This document shows, piece after piece, positions 42,101-54,845 of a DNA stretch of 64,000 nucleotides; position 1 is the stretch's first letter; each line of letters opens with the position of its first letter. The translations under genes and the position numbers were made by a program. The stretch comes from the human T2T-CHM13v2.0 reference genome, Homo sapiens. The stretch lies in the NCBI RefSeq assembly GCF_009914755.1, contig NC_060929.1, one strand, 5' to 3'. Below the pieces are notes generated by a model, which saw nothing but the letters and a program-made list of their open reading frames with translations, searched no databases and had not been told where the DNA came from.

Positions 42101-45100
42101 TCCCTCCTCCTGTGCTCCTTTGGCTCCTTCGTTAAGGTGACTGAACATTCAATGTTCTTTTCTAAGTGGCCCTGAAGAAAAAGGGGTGAGGGATGGTAGA
42201 GGCCAAGGTAAGTCTTATTATTGTCTGGGAAGTGGGAATACTTCCTCACACTTCAACAGAAGCCTCTCTGCCTACTCTTCCCAAAGCACAGTTATGGAGA
42301 AAATCACCAGGGGCTCAGAATGGCATTTTGGGGTCAGTATTTTAGCGGCACAGAGCAGTGCATGCTGGGAGCCACACTGCAGTCCTGGGGTTTCCAGGTG
42401 GTTTTGACTGAGATTCTAACATGCATGTTATTTGTAAATTATATACATGTACTATTGATTGTACATTATATACATGTATTACTAATTATATACGGGGTCT
42501 CTAGTTATACATATGTATTACTGTACACATACATGTATCACTGCTCTGGACCAAAATATTAAGTGCATTATAAAACACATATAAATGTAGAAGTTTGAAA
42601 AGCATGAGATGAACAATAAAGATGAAGATTTTAAATATTTTCTCCCTGTTGCTTCTGGATCTTCTTGTAAATCTTTCTGCTTTCTGGAGGTCCAGAGAGA
42701 AGAATAATATGCGCTTGTTTTGTTCCAAAGTAGGTTTCTCTAAGGCCATAGGTAACAGTGCGGGGGGTTGGGGGACGTAGCCTCCCGTATCACACCACGC
42801 TCCCCACAGATGTCTGAGGTGCAGGGGTAGTGTGGCGGGGGAAGGGGGGACTAGTAACTGTCTGAAAGATTGGGTTGCTCCCCCACCCACCTCACCCCAC
42901 CCCTTTGTGCTTTCCATCCCTGAGAGTGGCCACTGCTGGGAGAGTGAAAAGATTTGCAGACCAATAGCTTTGGAATTCCTTTCAAAGTGGTTGAAAAATC
43001 TGTCTTCAAAATAGGTGGGCAGTGGTGGAAGGGTCAGAAGCACAGCTGCAGGCCGAGGCAGCACTGGCACAGGCCTGGGTGGGAGGCAGAGGCGTGACTC
43101 AACTCTGCCCCACCAGGCGGGCGGGTGCAGCCAGTGACTCCACACGGTTGGAGGGGGCCTCACACAGGGTAGAACTTGTCCTTTCTCACTGAAAGGTCAG
43201 AAAGAAATTAGAGGTGGTCCTTCATTGCTGCCTTCACCAGAGGAACATCCCATCTGAACATAAAAGACATGAACCTTGCAAATGTAAAAGTAGGTAGAGC
43301 TTGTGGAGCAACGTGAGGCTGAACCTTACATCTGACTTTGATCACTTCTTGCTGCCATGCCTGGACAGCACAAGAAATAGTGAGAAATAACAGACAAATC
43401 AGACTGCATAACAAATCCAGACTTTGAAATGCTTAGTCAACTGCTTTTTAATTAATATGCACATTCATATAATTAAATAAGACTACCTTTAAATTATGTT
43501 CAACTCACAAGGTTGAATGAAATAGACTCAACACACTAATCTTACAGATAAAACTATATTTCTTTTTTCTGGGGTGGGGGAAGAAATCCAGTTCCTTCAA
43601 ATGGGGTATTTTTAGATATTCTTATTTAGATTCAAAGAAAATAAGGAGAGTCAAAGGCAGAAATATTGTGGTTTTTTCTGAAAATATTTTTTTAAAAAAA
43701 GGAACGGAATTCCTTGATAACTTTCTGCGTTTGAAATAAGTAAGCTACCAAGAAGATGAAACATTAAACCTACATTTTAGAGAAATAATTAACAAAAAAA
43801 AAAACAAGAAGGAAAAACTCCTACCAATACAGTTTCTTTCTAGGTCAATGATTTTGCTTTATCCAGTTGTCTGGGTGAGGCTGGTGACTGTGACCTGCCA
43901 AGGGAAGCCACTGGATTTGACACATTTCAGTGTCAGCTGTGGGATCTCTGTCTTAAATCTGTCAGGATGGCCCTGTGGCCACTTCTGCAAAAACCCCTGG
44001 GGACAAAATTTATTGTTATTCCTCAATAGCTTTTTGTTCACTTCCAATATAGGGGTCCTGGGTCATGCTAACGATTGTGGAGAGACAAAATGCTCTCTCT
44101 ATATTTTATTAAACAGATCTCTTAATAATTAATCAAATGTGAAAATTATTTTCCATCACTCTGACACTAAAGCTAAAGCATTGGGTGGTTTTTTTTTTTT
44201 TTCTCAGCCTTTTTCTTTTCCTTTTAAATTGCTCTCTGCGGATTTCCTCAGCTACAAAGCAAGTTGAGTAGAGAAAGCCCGATTTATGACTTGGCTTTTT
44301 AAACCATAATCACCCTTCTGGGCTTCTACTGGAGAAGGGCTGGGGGATTTTGTAGGTTGCCAGATAAACACCTGAGAAAACGTGTTCTCAGATCCCCCAA
44401 ATCCACGGAGGGGCCGTGATCCCACGGGTAGCAGCAGTCCCATGGAGGCCCATCTGGGCCGCACCACAGCATGGCGCTGCCAACGGGAGATGGCATCACT
44501 GGTCATTCTCTCATTCTCTCTCAGGGAGCGTCTGTGTTTCCAGGAGAAAATAGCTTAGTAAGAGTTACTGTCTTCACCTCCAGCTGGGGTAAGAAGGAAA
44601 AACATTGCCGAGCTGAGGTATTAGCCCAGAGTTCCATTTCCAGATAGTGGAGTTTGCACCATTTTCAGCCTCCAGCAAGACTGCATTAAAAGATGGGTAG
44701 TGTCTTAGTGAGTCGGGCCCCAAGTCACTGACAGATTAATACCAGATAAGGGACATTGCTAGGGAAATGCACAGCAAGCAGTACGTCCAACCTTTCCTTA
44801 CTAAAAGGTCAGAAAGAAATTAGAGGTGGTCTTCATAGCTGCTTCTCTCAAGGAACATTCCATCTGAACGTTTAAGATGTGAACCTCGCAAATGTAGAAC
44901 TAGACAGCCCGCAGGTGGGGAGTGTGGAGTTGGGCTTCTATTAGGAGAGGGGCCTCTGAGGAGTGTGTGGGGCGGAGTAGGCATGGCTAGGTGCACAGCT
45001 GAAGCTACCAAACTAGGTGATGCAAAAGCCAAGTGGGCAAAAGGAACGGTTCGGAAACGCACGGAAGAGCAAAGCCTGCTGGCAGCAGCGTCAATATTCT

Positions 45101-46478
45101 CCCTCTGAGCACTAATTACATTATTAAGCAAACAGACCAACACAGGGGCTGAGGGACGGAAACATGTATTTAGGATCCAGTCACTCTCCACTTGGCTGTA
45201 AATAATCACGTGCAGTACACAGTTCTTTCCAACCGAAGTGCACTATGGGGCCCTTTCCGTAACTTTTAAAAAATTTCCTAAGCTTGAGAAAGGGAAGTGT
45301 TGTTTTCCAAACAAGCCAGTTTTGGAGAAGTCAGATTTTCTACACTCAGTGCTCCCCAGCCCTATCAGATATTTCTGAGAGTGATAAGCAGAGCAGCCAA
45401 CATCTTCCGAGAGGAGATGCAGGATTCAGCAGGCATAGGAGATAGGTTCCTCGAGCGGCAACTTGCATTTTCTTGGCTGCAAACAGCACACACTTGCTAA
45501 TTAGACCTTTGCAATACGCGAGAATCCAAATCTGCTTTGATGTAGCTAAATCCAGTCTAAAGCGGTGGATGTAAACACAGGACTGGAAGAAACCACGAAC
45601 AACATGGAAAGGATTTATATGCAATGGGAATAAATCTGCTTTTTAAAAAAGTCTAAGAGGAGCCTGCAGAAGGAAATCTGCAGCAGGCTGAGCCAGCCGG
45701 GTGAATGGCAGAGAGAATAGAGGCTATTTGAATACTGATGTGGCCCTCACTTTCTTCTATTTCCATTAATGACATGCTCATCAAGGGCAAACAATGGGAC
45801 CGGCTGCCGGCGCCTGTCACAGTGTGTGGGTGCTGGGATGCCAGGCTGTCATCCCCGGGCTGCATTTAGAGACCTGCACGCTAATAAGAAGTGCTCTGTG
45901 CCGTCAATGCAGACAGGTGCTTCCGCGGCTGGGACATGCTCCATTCCCTTCCCCCTGAAACCCTCCTCTCTCAGCCCCCCTGACAGACACCATGAAATGC
46001 ACAAATTAACAGCCCCATCATGTTGGGCTGCTGCTGCCTGCGGTGAAAGCAGAAAATCAAGTTGTCACCCAGGGTGCAGTGATAAAGCCACAGCCTCATT
46101 TCTCTGTTGGTGCCCTATAATAGCAAATGCCAGACAGCTGGATGGATGGGAGGCTTTGGATTAAGGCCTTGATGCACTCTGGCCAGAGAATTAGTAGTTG
46201 CTGTTTCCGTGTGCATATCCTGTTCAAAACAAACATCTGGAGAGAGGCAAGTTTCCTGGGACAGAAATGTCCTTTGCTTCTTCTAGAATCAAAGAAAACA
46301 GCCAAAGGAGAGTGGTATTTCCTTTCTCATAAGATTCCAACTCTAAATTTGCTATGAACTTTATCAAGGACCTAGAGCTATGTGAAGTTTAAGAAGTTGG
46401 CAAAAAGTCCAGGACCAAGACAAATCTTGGGGATGCAGAGAAGAGTTCCTGGGTCCACAGGGCCTCAAGCTACTTGCG

Positions 46479-46640
46479 CCCCATCCAGCAAGCCCTCCTC
46501 TGCCTCCTGACCCCATCCAGCAAGCCCTCCTCTGCCTCCTGACCCCATCCAGCAAGCCCTCCTCTGCCTCCTGACCCCATCCAGCAAGCCCTCCTCTGCC
46601 TCCTGACCCCATCCAGCAAGCCCTCCTCTGCCTCCTGACC
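46479..46640. repeat. Minisatellite: 5 perfect copies of 32-bp ccccatccagcaagccctcctctgcctcctga
   Basis: Directly visible; period 32 and no spacers. Confidence 0.97.
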
Positions 46641-49397
46641 AAACGGACTGTTTCTTTCTAGGGTGAATTGTTAGAACTCTTAGTCTGCCTAAAGCTTCCC
46701 TCCCACCCCAGACCTTTCCACTCCTCACGATTACATCTGCATGGGTTGAAGGCACTTCTCATGAAATAATAGATTTAAACAGCCCTGTCCCCTGGCATCA
46801 TAGCCAGTTGGCTCCAAGTGTCTAGTGACCTGACCTGGCCTGGGCTAACATTTGCCTTGGCCAAGTCTGCAAAAGAGAAGAAATGGAAGGCTTGAGCCCT
46901 TCAGACTCCAAGGAGTTTAATGACATAATGGCCTGAGAACTTCAATATAAAACAGGAAGAGCAACTAACGAAACTTACAACATAAAACCCCCCTCCTGTC
47001 ATTTTTATAGTAACAGTAAAACACTTTATTGAATTTATGAGCTACATAATGACTATGAGGAATGTTAACTTGAATTAGAACCAACTCGGAAGTATAATAT
47101 CAACTATAAACGCTTTTCTATTACCCCATCCCTTTAGCTTTTTCTGTCCTCTTTCTTTTAACCAAGGGACATTGCCTTCCTCAGACTTACACCTGAGACA
47201 GAGTTTACAACTTGCTAATACATCTTGACTCTTCCTCCAAAGCTCTACAGCCGACAAACCTCCCTCCCAGGGTAAGACACTCTCTGGGGGTGACCATTCC
47301 CATTCAAAACCTCAGCTCCATTAAAATGCATTTTAGAAAAGAAACCAGTTAGTCTTTTCTTTGCATAAAGCCTGTCAAATCGAGAGGATCTCTGGGGATA
47401 CATATCAGGTATTTCATTATCTGTAACTCTACATTGTAACGGCCTTTCCAAAATAGAAACTATAACCCCCTTGGAAGTTTATGAAAAGCATCTTCAGCCA
47501 AGGGTGCAGTGTTTGAGTGAGGGCGGTGGTCAAGTTTCTAATGACTAGATGTGGGGGAAGCATAGATCACTCTGCTAAGCAGCATGCTAGACTCTGTTTT
47601 CTGTTTCCATTTCACTCCTTAAGTCTTTCTGCTCCCCAGGGATTTTTCCGAAGGGGCAATAAAATAAAATGGGTGAAACAAAGCCATAAGCCAGTTAAGT
47701 CTGAAAGACATGTCATCTCATCTAAAAGGAAGAAACGGACCATTTCCATGCCTAGGGCTGACAGCAACGCCTGAGCTGGCAATAGTGCTATTCCATTTGA
47801 TTTATAGAATAATGGGGTGACAAATGATGACAAAAATAAACTTTTACTGCACTGAACTGCTCCTTTATTTATGAAATTTGGCCAAGTAGTGAAATCTTTT
47901 ATCTGCAAGTTGTAACATGGAGTGGGAGCAAGCGATTATGGTGTGGTAATAGTAATCCAGCGATGGAGGCCGAGTCGGTTGGAAATGGATTGAGGTAAAA
48001 TAACTCCCGCACCATGATAAATGTGAACAGCGCTTTGCTGACAGATGATCTAACAGGTGTTCATAACAACTATATAAGAGGATTTATTTATGACCAGCCA
48101 CAGCCGCAGCACTGTAAATCAACTCCAGCAGCTGCACACCGCTGAAACCAAGTCCCTGATGGAGGAACGGTGCAGGAGCCCAAAGAACACAATTCACTCC
48201 AGAATCTTAATCATCAAATAACATTTTTTTAGGTAATTACACCACAGCACAGAAATCATAATGACTTTCAATTAGAAAACTGGGCTGTCCATAACTTTGT
48301 TTACAAAATATTTTTATTTAGGCCCTATGGTTTTGATGAGTCCTGAATAAAACAAAGACTTTGGGGTCAAGGAAGAGGGCTCTTGGATGATGAGGATTTC
48401 TGTGTGATGCCAGTAAGAGGCCCTTTCACACTGGCTTCATTTTTTAAGACTCAAAAATCAAACCTTAAGTTGGAAGGGCTTTTTGTGTCCGCCAAATTTC
48501 TACATTAGGCCCCCCTTATCAGCATGCTTGAGTTCGTATCTTACCCTTGGTTGCCATTCCTAATTTTATATATGGTTTATTGACAAAATGAAATAAGCAT
48601 TCGAAAGATGAACTCATTAGAAACGACGTTTAAATGTAGCTTGAAGGGCCTACCTTCATACGACCTTTCTTAACTACTCTGCAAAAGCAGAATTTAAGTT
48701 TTCTTTTCATAGGTCATGGTCTTAACAATTCCTTACCATCCATGGAGTTGGTTGACCCTATCATGACATAAAACTTCTCATTCATCACATCACTAAAGAA
48801 AAAAAATATGTGGTTCTTACATGGGGTGAGAAAATGCTCTTCTGGAGTGGCGGGGGGAAACGGGAATCTTGGTGGGGCACTGTTTGAGAAAGCTAATCTC
48901 CTTTATCTCTTCCCCCACTATGTTCTGATACTTTCTCCTTGGCAACCACTCTCCCTCCCTTCCTATCCAGGGCAGTGAATGAGGAAGGTGGAGGTGAGGT
49001 TTCCCTGCTCTCTTCAAGTGCCCACGCATCATCTGCAGGATCCAAGGCCTGACATGGTTGAGTCTACTGGCAGAATTATCTACCAGTTAGGTTTTCTAAA
49101 CATCTCTAGATCTCAGGATAAAGATGTTTCTTGAGTTACACCTGGATCTTTGGTGTCTCTGGCCCTCAAGATTGCAGATGTCTTAGACTGTTATCAGTGT
49201 CTTAGACTGTTATTAAAGGCAGGTTCATGTCAGTTTCTGAGGGTTCAGTCTTCAGTTGTACATATTTACTGAATCAGCTAGGAATTATATGCACAAGTGA
49301 CTATGTACATAAAACTGGCCCCAGAGAAAGACAAACACAAGGGAAGATTAGAAATTTTAATATCACCTCAGCTCACAATCACTGAACCAGTAAATAG

Positions 49398-49718
<321 letters not shown>

Positions 49719-49740
49719 TAGAATTTAATATATATATATG

Positions 49741-50044
49741 TTTTTCTTTTTCTTTTTTTTTTTGAGACAGAATCTCACTCTGTCGCCAGGCTGGAGTGCA
49801 GTGGCATGGAATCTCAGCTCACTACAACCTCTGCCTCTCGGATTCAAGCAATCCTCCTGCCTCAGCCTCCCAAGTAGCTGGGACTACAGGCACGTACCAG
49901 CACATCCAGCTAATTTTTTGTATTTTTAGTAGAGACAGGGTTTCACCATGTTTGCCAGATGGTCTCGATCTCTTGACCTCGTGATCTGCCCACCTCGGCC
50001 TCCCGTAGTGCTGGGATTACAGGCGTGAGCCACTGCAACCAGCC
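49741..50044 (-). mobile_element. AluSc-like
   Basis: Antisense full Alu (atggtctcgatctcttgacctcgtgatc). Confidence 0.93.
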
Positions 50045-50307
50045 AGAATTTAATATTCTTTAGCTACTTTGACTCTAAGTCTGAAAAGAATCATTTTAGA
50101 ACCTGCAAAGGCACAGGAAATAACTAAAATCCCCAAGGAAATATCTAAAATTGGCCTTTAAGCAGAAGAGTAACATAAACAATGCTGGCTTCTCCTGATC
50201 TCTATCTAGTTCAAGGTTTTCCCAACCTTTTTTTCTGCCTCTACACTATTTACAAGTGCAGGCTACTCCCATCCATGATATCTCAACCATTCATTTCTCC
50301 TGTAAGC

Positions 50308-50616
50308 CAGTGGTCCCTAACCTTTCTGGCACCAGGGACTGGTTTCATGAAAGACAATTTTTCCATGGATGGGGATGGAGGGGATGGTTTCTGGATGAAT
50401 CAAGTGCATCACATTTATATTTAGATTCTCATAAGGAGCATGCAACCTAGATCCCTCACATGTGCAGTTCACAGTAGGGTTTGTGCTCCTATGAGAATCT
50501 AATGCCACTGCTTACATCAAAGGAGGCAGAGCTCGCCTGTCACTTACCTCTGGCTGTGGGCCAGGTTCCTAACAGGCCACGGTAGTGGTCCATGGCCCAG
50601 GGGTTGGGGACCCCTG
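50308..50616 (+). mobile_element. MER1B (hAT-Charlie)
   Basis: TIRs cagtggtccctaacc...ggttggggacccctg; degenerate 8-bp TSD ctgtaagc/ctctaaac; homologous to the 33149 copy. Confidence 0.88.
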
Positions 50617-51727
50617 CTCTAAACTACCACAGGCCATTGAGGTGGAGACATGGGGAATGGCTTTGAGAGAAAGGGACTGTGTGAGAGGGGAAAGAGAAGT
50701 GAGGGCAAGGAGGGGGAGTGGAAGCATCGCTTTCTTAGGTGTGGCCAGTGTTGCTTTCTGTACAAAGGTATTTTCAAAACATTTTAAAAGATACAGCCTC
50801 AGCTGAGAATCACATATTTGCCCTTCTCCCATGCCTAGAAACTCTGTTTTCTCTTCTATATGCCACCCTACTTTTAAGAACTAGCTAGTTTCATTGCCTC
50901 AGTGGAACCTTCTCAGACCTCTCTAGCCACTAATCACTTCTTCCCCTAAACTCAAAGGTACTTACTGGTGTTATCTGACAATTAATCACGCCACACTGCC
51001 TCACAATGTTTCTCACAAACCATCTCAGCTTTCAAACAGCCATGTTTCAAGTTTGTTTGTCAAGTTACCATGTGGAATCTAACATATTTTCCTCAGAAAA
51101 CAGTATCACATAGTGGTTAGCTTCCCAGGTCAGATAATAAAGTTCTGCCTACTCCACAACTCAGCTGAAAAGCGGTAGAAAAAAAAGAGTCATGTTACCA
51201 AAGTAGGATACAAGAGAATGAATTGATCATGAAAATGTTTCCTGAGGTTAGAAAGCAGGGGGACGGGAGCCGGCGGGGAAGAGGACTTAAGAAGATAAAC
51301 AAGCACAGTCGAGAAGTCATTGTCTTTCAATTAATCAACCCCAACTGATGGAAGAACAAAAGTGTGTCCCCCATGGCCGGCCAGTCCAGTGCGGTCACCT
51401 GTGTAAGGAGGCCATGGAGGTGAAAAGCTGGGGCCAGCAGGCCTCTGGGGCTGCCAAGCTGCAGGACTTGGCACCTGAAGGAAGTGTGGGTGGGGCGGAG
51501 GCAAACCTGTGTTAGGATGTAAGCAACACTTATTTGCAAACCAGGGCTCACTAACTTAGGGAGGTCCACATGGTCATTCCTTTGTTTATTGCCAATTAGA
51601 TTGTACGTTTTTTGAGTAAGTACAGAGCATAACTTATATTTTACTACACCCCTGATGAGGTTTACTGTAGTTCTCCACATTCACAGTAGATATAGTCTTT
51701 CAGCAAAAAGGGAATAGAAAGGCTCTG

Positions 51728-52032
51728 TTTTTTTTTGGTTTTTTTTTTTTTTGAGACAGGGTCTCACTTTGTCACCCAGGCTGGAGTGCAGGGGCATGAT
51801 CACGGCTCACTGTAGCCTCCAACTCCTGGGCTCAAGCTATCCTCCTGCCTCAGACTCCCCAGCAGCTGGGATTAAAAGCATGCACCACCACACCTGGCTA
51901 GATTTTAAATTACTTTAGAGACAGGGTCTTGCTCTGTTGCCCAGGCTGGTCTTGAACTCCTGTCCTCAAGTAATCTTCCCACTTCGGCCTCCCAAAGCGC
52001 TGGGATTACAGGAATGAGCCACCACAGCTGGC
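51728..52032 (-). mobile_element. AluJ
   Basis: Antisense Alu. Confidence 0.92.
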
Positions 52033-52338
52033 AAACATAGTGCTCTTTTTTTCTCTCTCATTTTGTGAAAACAGGATTCCTTTCTCCCTTTAAACAAAGT
52101 TCCCTAGAAGGTCAGAGAGACAACAGAGAGGGAACAAGTCAGGGGAAAGATCTTAGGTTCTCTTTTAGCTGGTCCAACTTTTCTTTTTTTGAAATCTTCC
52201 ATCAGTCTGGATTCTTATCTTGTCTAACATCTAAATTCTTAACAACGGGAACACAGGTTATAAGGGCAAACGTTTTGTAAGCTATAAAGTTATTCATACG
52301 TTTGCAAATAGTTATCGAGAAGGACAAGTATACAGTAT

Positions 52339-52344
52339 TTTAAT
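52339..52344 (-). terminator. Candidate distal polyadenylation signal ATTAAA for a long (~2.4 kb) AP3B1 3'UTR
   Basis: TTTAAT on the + strand at the end of a repeat-free AT-rich stretch that stops just before the Alu at ~52030. Fits my recollection of a long AP3B1 3'UTR; usage not verified. Confidence 0.4.
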
Positions 52345-54109
52345 TTGAGAAATGCATTGTTACAGTCTCTTTAGAATAAAAAAACTCTCATAATAAATAA
52401 AGCAAATGTATTGTGATATCAAAAATGAGGCTTAGTCTGAAATATACTATGAGAGCCATTCTTCAAGATTGGTGTACATAAAATGTCCCATTAAGTGAAC
52501 ATTAAAATGAAAAAATATAGCTAGAATTAAGAATTCAACATTGACTAACTCGACTCAATGGAACAATTTAAAGATAATCATGGATTATGACAAAGTTAAA
52601 GGAAATATGAGGCAAGGAACTCTGAATCACCACACCACAAAAGAAAAAAAACCAAACCTTTAACTTGGGGCTTTGGTCGTTTTTCTGTTTTACGTGAAAA
52701 ACATTTTAATGATATTAAGCTACTAGTGTTAAAATGGTTTCAACTGGTAGCGCACATTACAATCGATACATACTGTTCACTGATTCATACTACATTATAT
52801 TATTGATTTACCATAATTTTAAAAGTTAGCAGCCAAAAATAACTTAGTCAAAAGTAAAGCCCTAATTAAATTTCCTTAGTTTAAAAAAATACAAATGTGT
52901 GAACTATCTTTTAAAGATGAGTGTCCTAATTTAAGGAAAAATAAGACCTTTCTCAATCACAACATGCACTTTCCCTCTGCCTGAAGACAGCATGGATATA
53001 ATTTTTTTTTCTTCCTCAGAAAACAGGTATTAAACCTGTCAAATTCTGTCTGACATTTCAAAAAGTTATTGACTTAAAATTCAAAGTTATGAAGCTCTGA
53101 GCAATAAGGCTAATATGGAAATGCCAACGACCTGCGATTACAAAGGGGCTTTTGGGTGTGTTACCACAGCGCCCAGGCTCCAGAGGGAAGTGGAACTCGT
53201 GGCTTCCATACATTGGTACAGAATGGTACAGAATGTACACATGGTACGGAATTGGCACAAAATGTACACGTGGCTTCTGTACATTGCACTTCTGTACATT
53301 CTCTTCCCGGAGATTCAGGGCTATATTTCTTTCTGGAGCAGGAAAATTTAACAATTTTGTTTACTCTTGTCATCCCACCAGCTTGAAAATTTAAATAATT
53401 TTTCGACTCTGTTTTGTTCTTTTCAATATGTATGTTCCAAGAAAATTCCATTCTTTTCTTTTCAGCCTTCCTATAATGCTTCAAGCAATGTACAGTCACT
53501 TCCTTTTTACTTTTTAAAAATCATTATGTATGTGGCTCTATACAAAAAGAACTGAGTAGCTTATACTACCTGAAAGTCCATTACCTTGCTTCAAAAAGGA
53601 AGTAAAATTTCAGCTGGTTTTAAAAAGGTACGAAAGTATTAGAAAAGTTCTCTGATTATAGAACAACCTTGAAAACAGTAACTTAAGGTAGCAAATAAAA
53701 CAAATACTCTAGGAAAAGATGCTAATAGGTTGATCATATAACTAGTTTTAAACATTTCTATAAGTTTATGCTAGTTAGTTTCCAAAGTTGGGCATAAGGA
53801 AAAATGAGATTCAAAGAATTTATTCAGCAGGCCACATAATCAGATATCTACTAATAGATCAAAACTACCTAGAAGATGTTTATTTTGCAATATGAAGATT
53901 TTTGTTTTTGTTATTAAATACACCAATTTTTTTTCCTTGGAGTAAACTATAAGTAGAAAATTTACTTGGTTTGGAAGTGGTTTTTCTTTCGCTAACTAAA
54001 CCACATTGCTTCTCTGCATAATGTAACACTCAAAATACTTGCTTTAAAATAAGAAAACTTTAGCATATGAACTTCAGGATTATTAATAGTTTCTCATTAA
54101 AAATGCAAA

Positions 54110-54691
54110 GACAAATATGATTCATATGCTAGTTTATTTATCTTATTATTGAGAGATAATTTCATGATGACAGTTATCAATAATCAATTACAATATCAAG
54201 AAATTCAAAGAACAAAATCTTGCAGAGACTATGCTTTTGTATTTGGATTTAAAAAGTATGTGATCTCATTTTCACATACCAAGCTGAGAGGCCATTTAGA
54301 CTATCTCTTTGCTAATTTTTGCTTACTGCTGTAGGGAAGAAGATTTCCAATGAACTTTAAATATCTCATTCATGTCTACCATTGTCGAAAAAGAGAAGGA
54401 AAACGAGGAGGCCAAAAGAAGCAGCAGGACAGAGAAAACGCCACATGGATTCAAGAGTTGAGACAACTGACAGTAAAATATATGCTCTTTGGTTAGCAAA
54501 GCAAAAAGGGGGAAAGTATTGCATACATGATAGATACACACTAGCATTCTAAAGCAGGAGACAAGAATGTCAAGAGTGTATTCTACCCCCACTGCCAGAT
54601 GGAAGGGCTATTATTATAAATGAAAGGCAGCAGTAGTGGATGCCAGGCACTTTTGTTGTGTGCCAGATTCTAAAGTCCAGATGTAAGCAGG
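54110..54691 (-). other. AP3B1: AP3B1 3'UTR, proximal portion
   Basis: Follows the stop codon; first clear AATAAA on the minus strand at 54138-54133. The cleavage position is inferred. Confidence 0.75.
54133..54138 (-). terminator. Proximal polyadenylation signal AATAAA
   Basis: TTTATT on the + strand, ~550 nt after the stop. Further AATAAA at 53879-53884 and 53819-53824. Confidence 0.6.
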
Positions 54692-54845
54692 TTACCCCTG
54701 AGACAGGACAGGCTTCAGTTCCCGCAGCAGAACAGAGCCAATCACAGTTTTCTCAGTGTTTATGATAAGCTGGGCTGTAGAGCCTTCCTTCAGTTCCACT
54801 GTGACTAGCATCAATGACCCACTGTGCACAGTTTTAGCTGCAAAC
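54692..54845 (-). CDS. AP3B1: Terminal coding exon of AP-3 complex subunit beta-1 (FAAKTVHSGSLMLVTVELKEGSTAQLIINTEKTVIGSVLLRELKPVLSQG*)
   Basis: Translation matches the recalled C-terminus of human AP3B1. Canonical acceptor on the minus strand (ctctcttttttctcttccag|G) at 54846/54845. Length is 1 nt + 50 codons + TAA (54694-54692). The ORF-track extension to 54913 is intronic. Confidence 0.96.

Noticed and set aside
42501-43163. 220-aa minus-strand ORF
   Set aside because: Non-ATG start, compositionally heterogeneous (GC-rich then AT-rich repeat), no known family.
46479-46640. 32-bp direct repeats as a CRISPR array
   Set aside because: Units are head-to-tail with no spacers; eukaryotic context and no cas genes.
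49179-49213. 16-bp direct repeat tgtcttagactgttat (period 19)
   Set aside because: Simple small tandem duplication with no functional indication.
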